DNA from: Chrysomallon squamiferum
Lineage: Eukaryota; Animalia; Mollusca
Direction of reading: 5' to 3'
Assembly: GCA_012295275.1 (NCBI GenBank)
Contig: CM022669.1
Coordinates: forward strand, 3,534,001 to 3,598,000
Length of the DNA: 64,000 nucleotides
Part shown: piece after piece, positions 1 to 13,625 of the stretch
Numbering within the stretch: the first letter of the stretch is position 1
Layout of the letters: each line of letters opens with the position of its first letter
The notes under the pieces: model-generated
Database searches by the model: none
The model's input: only the letters and a program-made list of their open reading frames with translations
Told to the model about the DNA's origin: nothing
Position numbers and translations under genes: made by a program

Positions 1-258
1 ACAGCCTATATTTATGCTATATTTTCGGCCGGGGTCATGTACAGCGTCACGCGGGCTTGTTCTAAAGGAAAACTAGACAGGTGCGGATGTGACCAGAACG
101 TTCGAAATATTGACACGTTTGGAAAATTCGAGTGGGGTGGTTGTTCCGACAACATCAGATTCGGACACAGATTCTCAAAGGAGTTTGTTGATTCCAATGA
201 AATGAGAAGGAGCGAGAAAGGACTGATGAACGTCTGGAATAACGGAGCCGGACGGCTG
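1..258 (+). CDS. WntA: Wnt ligand, probably WntA subfamily; penultimate coding exon (begins before the window)
   Basis: Frame 1 is open from base 1: TAYIYAIFSAGVMYSVTRACSKGKLDRCGCD...FEWGGCSDNIRFG...LMNVWNNGAGRL, which are classic Wnt motifs. Phase-0 donor CTG|GTATGA at 258/259. The subfamily call rests on recalled resemblance, not a phylogeny. Confidence 0.9.
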
Positions 259-538
259 GTATGAATTTTGGTTTTATTTAGTAAAGTTTTTTTTCAAGCT
301 GTCTTTGGAATGCTTTCGTTTATTATTTTGACGTTGCTCTAAAAAGAGACATCTAGGTAAGTTTATTGTCGACCAGTGTCTGATTTTGAATTCATTTAAT
401 TTTATACTATACATTAAATTTCATTTAAATAAAATAAAAAAAAATAAAAATATTAGTTACAGTAACGTATGTATATATGTGTATCTATGTGTATATGTGT
501 GTGTGTCTATATACACATGCAGACATTCATACCTTCTA

Positions 539-610
<72 letters not shown>
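539..610. repeat. (ATT)n microsatellite in Wnt intron
   Basis: Direct trinucleotide run; source of the poly-Ile ORF artefact. Confidence 0.95.
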
Positions 611-613
<3 letters not shown>

Positions 614-942
614 AGTGTTGTTGCTGCTACTGTTTTGTTGTTAGTCTTGTTCTGTTTCTTTTTTATTACGTTGTTATTTTCTTTTTGTTGTTGTTGCTAT
701 TGTTTTTTTTTTCTTCTTTGATGAAATGTCTTTAATAACTGATTGTGTTTCCACATTCATTAATTGTTTATCTTTGTTATCGCGGCTGTTGCTAATTCAT
801 ATTTATAATCATCATTACCATCATCATCATCACATCATTATACGTCTTTTTCTTCTTCTTCTTCTTCTTCTTCTTCTTCTTCTGCTTATTATTATTAGTA
901 GTAGTATTAGTATTATTATTAGCATCGTTATTATCATTACAG

Positions 943-1404
943 AATACAAAAGACAAACTGGATTTGATTTGCAAATGTCATGGCGTTTCGGGATCGTGTT
1001 CCATCCGGATATGCTGGAGACGTCTGAAATCATTCAGGACAGTCGGTAGTTACCTCAAAGACAAATTCGACGGAGCTAGTTTGGTGAAGATGAACAAAAA
1101 ACGAACAAAGCTGCGGCGTATTGGAAAGCACCAGAAGAGACCAACACGGAAAGATCTTGTGTACATTGAACAGTCGCCTGACTTCTGTAACGAGGATCCG
1201 CGCTACGGATCACTAGGAACGCGCGGGAGACAGTGCAACAAGACCAGCTACGGTCTTGATGGGTGTGGTTTAATGTGTTGTGGGCGTGGCTATTATACGC
1301 TTGTTACGGAAGTCAAAGATGACTGCGACTGTAAATTTTATTGGTGTTGCAGAGTAGAATGTAAACAGTGTACGCAAATCGTTGAAAAGCATTTTTGCAA
1401 TTAA
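943..1404 (+). CDS. WntA: Wnt ligand (probably WntA), last coding exon
   Basis: Acceptor ACAG at 939-942 is in frame with the upstream exon. Encodes the CKCHGVSGSC palmitoleoylation motif, LVYIEQSPDFC, CCGRGY and CDCKFYWCCRVECKQC. Stop TAA at 1402-1404. Confidence 0.95.
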   Translation, partial: NTKDKLDLICKCHGVSGSCSIRICWRRLKSFRTVGSYLKDKFDGASLVKMNKKRTKLRRIGKHQKRPTRKDLVYIEQSPDFCNEDPRYGSLGTRGRQCNKTSYGLDGCGLMCCGRGYYTLVTEVKDDCDCKFYWCCRVECKQCTQIVEKHFCN

Positions 1405-2486
1405 TTTTTGTTGTTTCGTTTTGTGTTATTTTTATTTTATTTTATTTTTTTTAAAAGAAGAAAGAAAAACAAACAATAGTGCATTTTAAATCAAAGAACT
1501 GAAAAGTATACTTTATATTTAGACTATAAAAACTTTATATATCTGACATCTTCACGGAGAAGAATGGCGGTATTTGAGAGGGTTGTGAATTAAAAATATT
1601 TCTGGAGTGTCTGTGAGGAAGTATTGACTGGAACTGCGATGCTTCAGTCGACCGTACTGCCATTCTTATTATTTTTATTTTTAAAAAAATAAACAAGGAG
1701 ATATAATATATATGAAGATGTCATCAGAAATTTTCTTGTGTGAGAATATATTTACGCATTTTGTTTTACTGTGCATAATTCGATATTAGAATTCGTTGTC
1801 AATATTATGGTGCATAATTTGATGGATGGGCTGTAAGCGATTTACATTACATGTCGCTGTAACAGGCATGCTGATGGCGATGTAAACAGGTATACAAACA
1901 ATTAGATTTGTGTATGTTTGACAACGAATATAATAAAATAGTATAAAAAAACGGAAAGCTTAATACGTTTTCCTTTTGTTATTACTGTAAACAGATAAAT
2001 GACAATGTCAGTAATTAAATGTGGTTTACTTACTTCCGTTTATTACGTCTGTTAGTGCTACTATTACTAGTACTATTACTGTTACTACTTCAGCTGCACC
2101 TATTACTATAAACTAGTATAATTATTGCTACTACTATGGTCATCACCGTCTCCATCACCACCATCACTACTACTTCTGCTAATATTGTTTCCACCATTGC
2201 TGTTACTTTCTCACTAGTACTACTACTGCTGCTGCTACTACTTCTACAGCAACAACTACTACCACCACAACTAAATCACATCTTTACTACTATAACCACT
2301 AATGCTGCTGCTATTAATTCTACTACTGATGGGGAAAAATAAATATATTAATAATAGTAAACCAAATTTTATATGCAATGAGGGCATACAGCTTAATAAG
2401 ATTATATATCTCCTCCTGTCTGTAACAACAACAACAATAACAATAATAATAATAAAGTATTAGTAATAATAAAAGTAATAATAAAA

Positions 2487-2545
<59 letters not shown>

Positions 2546-3426
2546 TTCATTCCGAAGACAAAATAGTGGTGGTGTTAGTAATGATACTAATAGTATTAAT
2601 AAATATTATTGTCACTGTAGTAGTACTAGCAGTAGTAGCAATATTCTTTACAATTCATGTTTTCGAAGAAGAATCATTTTAAAAAAATAAGTTGAATTTA
2701 TCAGGATTATTTAAAAAAAAAAAAAAAAAATAAGAGGAATTAGTATGTTAAAGATCCTTAAATTAGTTCTTTATTATTTGGTAGAAATAAAAAGGAATAT
2801 TGTAAGAATCAATGTATAAATTCTGTTTTTCGATATCTTGCAAAAATATTTTAATTCACGCTAAAAGAAGATAACGATTAAATTTTTCAAAAGAAAAAAA
2901 ATGAATACTTTAAAGCTGTATTTTTCGATCAGTTTGAAAAATACAGATGTTTCATTTCTCACTGAATGAAAACCACATTTTGTTTTTATCATTAGAGAAA
3001 AATAAATTATAACTAAAATGTTACTGCTTTAAATAATATTCATCGTTTTAATTTTTTTTTTTTTTTTTTATACAGGTAAAATTTCACTTGCCCGCTTTTG
3101 TATAAATTGTATAAACTGTATATGTATTATTTTGTGCTAGTTTCGTTACCTCGTTATATATTCATGTTAGATACTTGTCGTATTAAATGTATGTACGTAA
3201 TGTGGTTTAAAAAAAAAAAAAAAAAAAAAAATGACACATCGAGAGACTGGTGTGTTTATTAGATTCAGCAATAAAATTAGATGTTATTTCTATGTTTAAT
3301 TATTTATTAGAATGTTCAGATAAAACAAAACGTAAGTCATTAATTTATTTATTTCAGTTCAATTTGACAAGTCACAGCGCTCGATAGTTTTCGTCGTAAA
3401 TGATTGACTGAGTGTCAGGGGGTGAC

Positions 3427-4100
3427 CTAAACACAAGTATCCAACAGAACTAAACACACCAGTATCTGACAGAACTAAACCAAATAGTATTTTACAACAC
3501 TAATCACACTAGCGTCTGACAGTACTAAACACACACACTACTATCTGACAGAGCTAAACACACTTGTATCTGGAACTAAACACACTACTATCTGACAGCA
3601 GTAAACACACTACTATCTGACCTAACTAAAAAGACAAGTATATGACAGCACTAAACACACTAATATCTGACAAAAGTAAGAACATTAATGTCTAACAGAA
3701 CTAAACACACTGATATCAGAAAGTTACTTAGCTGAATGGTGTTTAATAGCCCTAAACACACTAGTGTCTGATAGAACTAAACGCACTAGTGTCTGATAGA
3801 ACTAAACACACTAGTGTCTGACAGAACTAAACACACTAGTGTCTGACAGAACTAAACACACTAGTGTCTGATAGAACTCAACACACTAGTGTCTGAACTA
3901 AACACACTAGTATCTGACAAGAGTTTTACAGTACTAACACACTGGTGTAGGACACTAACATCTGACAGATCTGGTGTCTAACGATTCCCTCAACACATTA
4001 ATATCAGATGCTGTGCTAAGGATACTAATATCTGACAGTTGTAAAAACACCAGCGTTTAACAGACCTAACACACGAGTGTCTCGTGCAGTCCTAAACACA
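3427..4100. repeat. ~25-bp minisatellite, consensus ACTAAACACACTAGTGTCTGACAGA
   Basis: About 25 tandem units. Copies are near-perfect at 3752-3920 and degenerate at the edges. Confidence 0.9.
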
Positions 4101-4234
4101 CGTTTGTCTTACGCTATTTTCAGTGCCTGGTATTTGAACATACACTGGAAGTTGATCATTTGTAACGACGTCCGAGGAAGCTCAAATATCAAGATGTTCG
4201 GATACTGTTTATAGCTTCAGGGACGAACAGATTT

Positions 4235-4745
4235 AAGGTCGATACCTATATCACGATGTTTCATTAGGCGGCTAGTTGTCTGTGACCTAGCCTATTCAAA
4301 TAAAGAACATCTCAGTCACAAGTTAATTAATTTCAGACTGAAGTCGATATATCCTGATCAGATGATTTAGTTCGTTAATATAAGTCGATACATTATAAAC
4401 GGTGTATCTAAATCGATCTATCACGATGACTTATTAAATGATATAGATCAATTTTTTAAAATCGATATTTCACGATAGCTTATTAAATTAAATGACTGGT
4501 CATTTTTTTTCTTTTTTTTTTCTTCTAAAATAACATATCACGATGCCTAATTAAATGATACAGTTAATTTGTCCACATTGATATAGCATGATGCTTATCG
4601 AACGACACAGATCATTTATTATAGTTCATATATCGTGGTGGCTTATCGACCGATATACAAGTAGTTTATTTATCTGTTGTTCGTTTCAGGACTCATTGGC
4701 TTGGAACTCAGACAGCTGTAGTATGTACGATGCTTATTAAATAGC
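4235..4745. repeat. Degenerate ~45-50-bp tandem repeat (TCGATATATCACGATGCTTATTAAATGATACAG-like)
   Basis: Recurring gat.tatcacgatg.cttattaaa core at about 4245, 4413, 4462, 4535, 4580, 4628 and 4727. Confidence 0.7.
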
Positions 4746-4903
4746 TGCAATTTTCTTTAGGTTTATTATGCCAGGAATTTGCAAGTAGTAACAGAAATGA
4801 AAAACGATTTGGAATAAACTTGTGTCTTTCTCGTTCTGTTTCGTGATTTCTTAAAAATGGACTTGAAATCGTTATTATTGTCATTTTCAGTATTATATTT
4901 GTC

Positions 4904-4934
<31 letters not shown>

Positions 4935-5072
4935 TTTATTAAGCATGTATGTATGTGTGGGAGAATATTGTGTGAGTGTATATATGTAAACATAGATATA
5001 ATTATGAGGATAACGATAACAACAACAACAATCACAAGAAGAAGAACAAGAACAATAACAACAACAACAACA

Positions 5073-5148
<76 letters not shown>

Positions 5149-5713
5149 ACGAGTAAATATACCTAAAATAATAAGTAAGAAAAAGTACCAGTCCAAACGT
5201 AAGTCTTTATCTAAACATCGGTATAATTAGAATTTTTCATTATATACCGAGAACCGCTTTAACATCAGCGGCGATTACCTTTTATGTTTGGAATATCGTA
5301 TTAAATCGCGAATTTTGACGAAGTCTTGTCAAACAAAGTAAATTACAGACGGGAGCGCGGTGGCCACTGTATCAGTTACATGAACGAACGAAATCTTTGA
5401 ACATGATAATAACAGACTACTATAACGTGTCAGTACAAAAATGCAATAAATGTCAAAGTATTTCAATACGAGAGGTGCCGGGCCATACAAGCAGTCGTAT
5501 TGAGTTTAGCGTTGAAAAGACGGCAGTGTAAACATAATAAAAAGAAGAAGAAAAAACCAGCCCGGTTCCTATGTTAAAGCGGTTTATACGCAGATGTGGT
5601 GTGCTTCATAATTGGTTATGGGCGTTCACACACATACTGACACTGAAGTTATGATTATGGGTATGGATTCTGTACACACACAGGCAGCTGCATTCCGAGA
5701 TAGAATGATTATC

Positions 5714-5716
<3 letters not shown>

Positions 5717-5784
<68 letters not shown>
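5717..5784. repeat. (CT)n microsatellite
   Basis: Direct dinucleotide run. Confidence 0.95.
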
Positions 5785-5787
<3 letters not shown>

Positions 5788-6575
5788 TTTTGTTTATATT
5801 AATTTTTTGATTGTTTTCTCTTCTTTTTTTCTACAAAAAAGCTGAAGCATCACAAACGCTTTTACAGACTGACAGTATATTCTGTCTTTTTCTTTCAGTC
5901 TTTGTAGTATTATTATTATTTTTAAATATACATAATTAAAATAGATTTCCATGTCGAGGCTTGTAATTTAAGCATTTTAGGACACCCACAGTTTTATTTC
6001 ATTTTTATTCGCGAGACCAGTTATATGAATATACGTAGGCATATACGTAGGTAATTAGATATATATGAATGGATGTAGGTATGTATGTGAGTACGCACGT
6101 AAAAATGAAAATAAATATAACTATTACTACTACAACTCCTATTGCTAATACTATTACCCCTAAAAATATTCATAAAACAACAACCTTAAAATACCGAGAA
6201 AAGTAAACAACAACAACAAAAAGAACCTCCCAAAACTAATACTGCTATTATTGTCTTGATTAAATATGAAATATATAACATAATAAATAATAATAAATAA
6301 ATACAGAAATATTTTCTCTTTTTTTTTTTTTTTTTTACCTTCTACTACTACTATTGCGGCTCCTGCTACTTCTGGTACTACAACTGCTACTACTACTCAA
6401 TAATAAATAAATTGATATAATGCAAACCTTCAGGTGATACCATCAGTGTTACTCTCATCAATCCTTACAATTGTTATGACGTCACTAACTGTTCTCAGGT
6501 TACAGATTACGTAATAATTACAAATAAATATTGATGAGGTATATTTGTGGAGTGTGAGGATGTTTGTTTTGGTGG

Positions 6576-6621
<46 letters not shown>

Positions 6622-9600
6622 TTTGTTTTTGTTTGTTATTATTATTTTTTCCTGATGTATTATTTGGTACTAGTTACATGTTAGTGTGTGTGTGTGTGTG
6701 TGTGTGTGTTAATAGAAACACATACAGTAATAACTAGGACCAAATAATAGATCAGAAAAAAAAGTGTGTATGTATGTGTGTGTATGTATATATGTATTAT
6801 GTATATGTGTACATATATATGTATGTATGTATGTATGTATTATGTATGTGTGTGTAGACTTTTAAAAAAGAGAAAAACAGAAGAAAATGAAGTGGAAAAA
6901 TACCACAAGAAAATAATCTTGAATAAACGATCAGAAACTGAATTACTAATCAGTAAAAGTGACAAGTATAGTTTTTGCTATCAGCTTCAAATGAAACAAC
7001 AAGTGTATTAATAACAAACTAACATAAGTTTTTTAATTTATAAGGCGGCATACAGATATATCGGAGAAGTAGATAAAAAAGAAATAATTTTTTAAGAAGA
7101 AAAAAAAAAAAAAAAGAAAAGAAAGGAAACAAAAACAGAAAACAGAAAAGGGCAACAATCATAGCAATGGTAATTACAACAACAATCATATATAATTTAG
7201 CTTTAAACTGAGAAAAGAGAAACGAAGATAAATATTTAAAAAATAATAATAGACTCCCAACCGTTAAATAAATAACAAAATATCAATATCAACGACGAAT
7301 ATAAAAAGTTAAATACATAAATAAATAAATAAATTTAAAAAAAAAACAAAAAAAAAAAACGTCCTAACGGTAAAATAATAGATTAAAAAGTACCAGTAAC
7401 AACGATGACGACGAAAATTAAAACCGGTTTTCTTCCATGATGATTATATTCTAAATTCACAAATTCACCCATGTAAACAAGTCCCCCAAATGAAACTCTC
7501 TGAAGTTTGAGAAAATGTTTGTTGTAATTATCATAAAAATGAGAGGTTTTGACTGGCATGGTTTGCTTATGGGAGTCGACACACACAGACGTTGCAATTA
7601 TGATTATGGGTATTGGACCTAAACACAAGCAGCTGCCCACAATGAAATACACATGTGTAAGTATTTGTAGAAACATGTCATTCGAGCGCGTGCTTATTAA
7701 GTATTACAACAAACGATACACACACACACATATAATTTACATATGTGTGTATGTGTGTGATTTTCTTTCTTCTTGCTACAATCATACTGGAAACTCGAAA
7801 ACTGGCTTAGAAAGTCTTAACTTTTATTTAAAAGTATTTGCTGCAGTAATGACGTCACCAGCCTGTAAGAATCCTCCCTCTAACGGTATCAATACGCGCG
7901 CACTTTAGATAGCTTCAAGATTTACACAATACAATTCCCGTTTGTTTTGTGTTTTTTTGTTGTCATTTTTTTTTTCGTTTTTCTTATTAACAAGCGTTTA
8001 TAATTTACAAGCGTTTATAATCTGCCTTGCATTTATAACAACATTCATTATACTGTTTCAAAATAGCTTAAAACACGTCGACATACGTTTCCATCGTCAA
8101 AAATAAAAATAGTACTTCACAACCTATTTCTATTTGATTAAGAATGAATGTAAAATGATTTTGTATTCATTTTTATATATATATATATATTTTTAAAATT
8201 CCTTTAATAAATAAAATTATAATAGCTTCTATGATGATAGCTACCCATTATGTGAAAATTAGCAACCACTTAAAATCAAAATTACTTTTCCCTTTTGTAA
8301 CTGGCATATAAAATTAATAATAACTTATAAAAAAAAAAAAAAAAAATACAGCAACAACAACAAACAACAAAATAAAAAAAAAAAAAAAAAAAAAATAAAA
8401 CAACAAAAAAGTGAAGCGACGTCTACTTACTCACAAAGATATAATATATTTGTTTTTATTTTCCCATTTCTTTTTCCCCTAGTTGGAAAAGAATTAAAAA
8501 TATTTCTATGCTCTATTTCTGGTCTCAATCACCAAACAAAATCTGACCACCCAGAGTCTTTTCTTAAAACTAAGACAGTTTGACAGATAAAGATGTCTGA
8601 CTTGTCATCACAGAGATTAGATTTTACAAAGAAAGAATTTAAAAAAAATCTATTTATTATTAGTTTTCACATCTCAAAAATGATATCACCATGCTTTAAA
8701 TTACTGATTAACATACATATTAAATAAACTCTTTTTATCGCTTTATCTTTTGACAGCAGAGCAATAACAAGATTGCACAATACACTGTTTAAGAATTTCA
8801 CAGCACTAATGAAATATATTTTTTCTGAAAAAAAGTTATAGATGTTATTTGTTTTTATTTTTGGTTTCGCACCTGCCTCTCAGACTACTCAGTCTTTGCA
8901 GAACAGTTAAACCTCACGTGTAACAAATACAGAATGTTTAAACTATCATAGTGAGGACCAAAACAGTAACACATATATTAAATAAAAACCATAAAACATA
9001 TTACGTAATTTAATCCAATTTTTTACAAAGATGAAAGAATGATGTAATTTGTTAGAAAAAATGGTGATTTAGAGTTTTAATAATTAATTTTTTATCTTTA
9101 CAATTAGCATTTAACATTTTTAGTACATGTAGTTACATTTATAGTAGCCACTTCTGTAACGAACAAATTAGAAGTTATAATACACTGTGTTTATTTACTA
9201 AGTACTTTAGAATTCAAAACAGATTAAGTATTAACAGAATCTACAATGTACTTTAACATGTTTTCATAATCCAACATTAAGTGTCATGTTTATTTACCAT
9301 AATTCATATTTTTACAATTACCCAGATTGGAAAAGAAGTGAACTCCTCAAAAGATTTAATATTATTTGGTATGAAATATATATATCAATAAAAGCCTTAT
9401 GAAAAAAAAAATGAAAAAGTAAAATAATTTCAACTCAACAGTAACGTTGTAACATATTTATTTATAAATACATTTTTATAATATTTTACAATATATAGAT
9501 TATATTTTTCTATGATTCTAATAAACCTTGTTAGATATGTATCACAACAGAGCAAAACAATAATTAATATCACTTTATAATAACCTGTCAGACTAGTATT

Positions 9601-9982
9601 TGTGAACATCTGAATACATCCAAATATTTCATCTTATCAGTACAGATAATTTAAAATGTATTTATCAGTGTATCAGTAATGAATGCTAGTATTAACAGAA
9701 AAATAATTTAAAACTAGTTTTTTGTTTTTTTAATTATCAACAGTCACTTTCAATGGACTTCACTCCACATAGGCTTTCATCCTGTTGGCAAATATAACCA
9801 CTGGCATAAATTAATATGGCGTCAGTCAAACCTTACTTTTTCAGCTGACGTATATTTAATTTTGTGAAGAAATGAAGAGTTGCACTGATACAGATATCAG
9901 TATGAGTCTTTCTGTCAACTATCTGTCAGATATCCTAAAGTATACAAGTGCCAGAGATATCTCACATCATACAAGTGTCAGT

Positions 9983-10165
9983 TTATCTTGTTCTTTTGGG
10001 AAAAATCTTCATGAAGAGTATCATGCAGATAAATGTTGCCACGACAACAAGCAGCATAATCCAGATCCACCAGGAACAAGACTTGGTGTGGGCTTCGAGT
10101 CGCTCACTCTCGGCTTTCAGCTTGCCTCGGTTTGTGTCAGCCAGCTGAGTGGTGTTAGCAATTTT
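9983..10165 (-). CDS. USE1: Vesicle transport protein USE1 (ER t-SNARE), exon 6 (end of SNARE motif plus C-terminal TM anchor)
   Basis: CAG acceptor, then KIANTTQLADTNRGKLKAESERLEAHTKSCSWWIWIMLLVVVATFICMILFMKIFPKRTR*. Matches the USE1 'ESERLE.H.K...WW.W.ML' tail. Confidence 0.93.
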   Translation of the reverse strand, partial: KIANTTQLADTNRGKLKAESERLEAHTKSCSWWIWIMLLVVVATFICMILFMKIFPKRTR

Positions 10166-11306
10166 CTGAAAAATGTTTTATATATGCTGTAGTTAACACT
10201 GCCATTTAGTTCTGTCAGGTGCAACTAATCAAAATATTAGCAGGGCTAGAAGAATACTGTATTTTACATATATATATATATATATTTTGTATGTATTATG
10301 TATTATACATATATATTATATGTATATGCATGTATGTATATTATTAACACAATAGTATACAGGTAATTCTATGATGTGCAACAATTTAACTATATTCAGT
10401 GTCAAAATATAGAAAGATGTTTTATATATAATAATACCAATGTTTAATTCTATGAAGTGTGAAAATTTAAGAATATTCAACATAAAAAAAACACATTAGG
10501 TATTGAATAGCAAATACAAAACTCTGCACACTGAATCACAGATTAGACAGATAATGGTTTTTAAACAACATTCATATTTCTTGTGTCATAAGTTTGTCTT
10601 GTTTGCATAGATAAACCTAGTTGAATATTGGTAATCAGTGAACATTCTGAAATCATTATTTTGCGAAAATTGGAGTCAAAAGAAAAAGAAAGATAACATG
10701 AAAAATGTTTTTAACAATGATAACATGACGTATTTCAATGCCAGGTCATAAATCAGTAATAGTGACTCAGTCCCATATTTGATAAGCAGGGTTACATATA
10801 GAGATATATTTAATAAAACACTTTTGTAAATAATAACTTTCAGTTTTACTTCATATTTATATCAGATGCATTTTGCTTATGTCAGGTTTTTTCCAACACA
10901 GACAAACTGCTGATAGAGAAAACAGTTCATCAAAATATTTGACAGCCACTGTATAGGCAAAGATAGTAGATCCAATACAAAAATCATTTTAACTTTTACA
11001 TTTGCTCAGATACCTAGGTTGTTTTGACAATATTCTGCAAAAAGTTAATAACATCCTTATCATTTAATGTTCTCAGGAATACATGTTTTCAAACCTCTTT
11101 GTATTAAAAAAACTGATTCCTTTGTAAATGCATAACTTATTAGAAGGTGACAAAGAAATATTTACTTAAGATAAACTTAACCTAGACTGAATGTTTCTTT
11201 CACTGATAGACAGATGCTATCTGCAGCCAGTTTTCACACCAATGAGTGTATTAAATAGAAAAATGCATTTATCATTTTCAAGATTTGTGGCAGATAAGTG
11301 AAATAC

Positions 11307-11476
11307 CGTAACGTCATCTTTAACAATCCTGCCAGCATCAGTCACATTCTGTTTCAGTCCACGAGCCAGTGCTAACATTTCCTCTGCCAGTTTTTCTTGC
11401 ATTTGATGATGATGTTGTAAGACAGTGTCAATGTCTTCATCCTTCTGCCGATGACGTAACCCGGAGTCTCCACTAC
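11307..11476 (-). CDS. USE1: USE1 exon 5
   Basis: GSGDSGLRHRQKDEDIDTVLQHHHQMQEKLAEEMLALARGLKQNVTDAGRIVKDDVT; QEKLAEEML is a USE1 hallmark. AG/GT boundaries are phase-consistent. Confidence 0.93.
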
Positions 11477-12133
11477 CTGCGTATCCAGTTTCAGAAAGAA
11501 ATAAGAATTATTGCCCCATGCTGCTATTTCATACATTTGTTTTGTTTTATGGGAATTGTTTTTTATTCTTCCTTATTAAGTCATTTATTTCAGTAAGAAA
11601 TAGATATCAGATTAGAAAGTATTATGTTACTGGAGTGTACCACTTGTTTATTACATTATTTTGATTATTTAAAAAGAAACAGTACTTATATTTTTCAGTT
11701 TCAAGTTTACAGTTATGCAGTAGTTAAATAAAATTTATAGTAAATTAAAATTATTGTGGATGTATAAAAATTACACATAAAACAACAGAAAGATATTATA
11801 AAATAAATAAATTTACTTTAATGTATAACATTAAACAAGAATAGATTAAAAGTGTGTTAAATAAAACATTTCTTCTTTCATCTCGTATATATATATATAT
11901 ATGACTAAAGAAATATTTAATAATATTATACTTATCTACTACAGAGTGACCATAAGATCACTATTAATAAAAACTGCTGCACAGTCACCTCCTTGAAAAG
12001 ATTTTCATTACAAACATCTTTACAGTAATTACATCCATAAAACACATCTATCAGTTTTCACATTTGACATGTTTTAAATCTAAGTCAGTATGGTACAAAT
12101 ACAAAACTCTAAGCATGCACACAGTTATATTAC

Positions 12134-12263
12134 CCAGCAATTCATCCCTCATCTCCTGCTGGTAGAGGACTTTTGTCTGGATGTGTAGTTGTTGGGCTGG
12201 TGAGTCAGTTGATGACACAGGGGCTAGACGCTCGGATGCCAGGGACTTTTCTGTTGCTGTTGG
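12134..12263 (-). CDS. USE1: USE1 exon 4
   Basis: PTATEKSLASERLAP...QQEMRDELLG. CAG acceptor and phase-1 donor G|GTAATA. Confidence 0.88.
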
Positions 12264-12628
12264 CTGAAACATTTCAAATAAAGTCTGTATAGAGTCCAGA
12301 TTGTTTTAAAAATTACCTCATTCTGCAGTATTTAAATTTTTGTTATTATAATTAATTTTTTTTAATTAATTAACTATTTAGAATGTATTCAAAATGGATT
12401 AAAAAAATTTAATTAGTCCCAACTTTGCAGTCTTATTTTACACAAATTCTTATTTCTTGCTCCCAAAAGGTCTTCTTATTATAATTCAAAAATGTATGAC
12501 TTATATAATTACCAAATACATATTTTTTTAAAAGATAGAAAAATAAGAAAGAAAGTAAATAGTTTGTGGACTCAGTCTCTAAAGCATTTTTGTTCAACTC
12601 AAAATCCAAACAGCATGTTATTACTTAC

Positions 12629-12707
12629 CAATTTCTCAGCTTCAATCAAACCTTTTAACAAATCAACTTTTTTCTTGTAATCAATAAGTACTTCTTCACA
12701 AGGCTTA
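12629..12707 (-). CDS. USE1: USE1 exon 3
   Basis: KPCEEVLIDYKKKVDLLKGLIEAEKL, similar to vertebrate YSRKVDFLKGMLQAEKL. CAG acceptor, GTAAGT donor. Confidence 0.92.
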
Positions 12708-13409
12708 CTGGGAAAGAGAAAAAAATAAAATAAAAAATTTCTGTACATAAGAAAAATGTTCTTTTAATTATGGCAAAGAGAAAAAAATAAAATAAAAAAT
12801 GTTCTGTACATAAGAAAAGACATATTTGAGCATTAAGTTTTCCAAATACAGTTATTCATTTTACACACAAACATACAAACACATTCTTATTCATCAAATC
12901 ATGGATGATTAGTTGATTTGCAACAAACAAGGTAGAAAATAGATAATCAGTTCTCTCTCTCTCTATGATGATGTCCATAAACAAACTGAATAAAAATTAC
13001 TACTAATTTTTAAAATATAGTAATATTTGTAATTTGTTTGGCACTCAATATATTTATTTATTTATTAAACAGACAAATAAAAATAATAATAATAATAAAA
13101 TAAAAAATATAAATTCAGAACATGGAATTTTCTAGAGGATTTCTTTAGGTTTACTCATTCAAAATATTCAAGACTACTCGTACATAACACAGTTTGAATT
13201 CTGCATTTAGCAGCACTTGTTTTATCTGCCAATGAATAAAAATAATTGAGTTCTATCAACTTGTTTAAAATTGTTTGGATACTTCTGTCAGTGGTTTAAA
13301 TTTAGTGAAAGACTTGTTATGATTATTATTATTATTAAATATTTGGGTTTAAAGATGATTTTAATTGTAAAATATCTCTATACTAAAAATATTAAAATAC
13401 TTATCATAC

Positions 13410-13459
13410 CTTGAAGATTTGTTTAGCTGTGCCAGCTGAGTCTGCAGTGCTCCAATATA
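13410..13459 (-). CDS. USE1: USE1 exon 2
   Basis: YIGALQTQLAQLNKSS. TTTTCAG acceptor and AG|GTATGA donor, phase consistent. Confidence 0.9.
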
Positions 13460-13550
13460 CTGAAAATAAATACACTGTGATAATCCTGTTGGCTAATAAT
13501 TAATGTACTACAAGCTTTGCTTAATAATATTATTAATCTAATTAACACTG

Positions 13551-13625
<75 letters not shown>

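Noticed and set aside
3427-4100. CRISPR-like appearance of the ~25-bp repeats here and at 32600-33100
   Set aside because: Units are directly adjacent with no unique spacers, there are no cas genes, and the context is eukaryotic.
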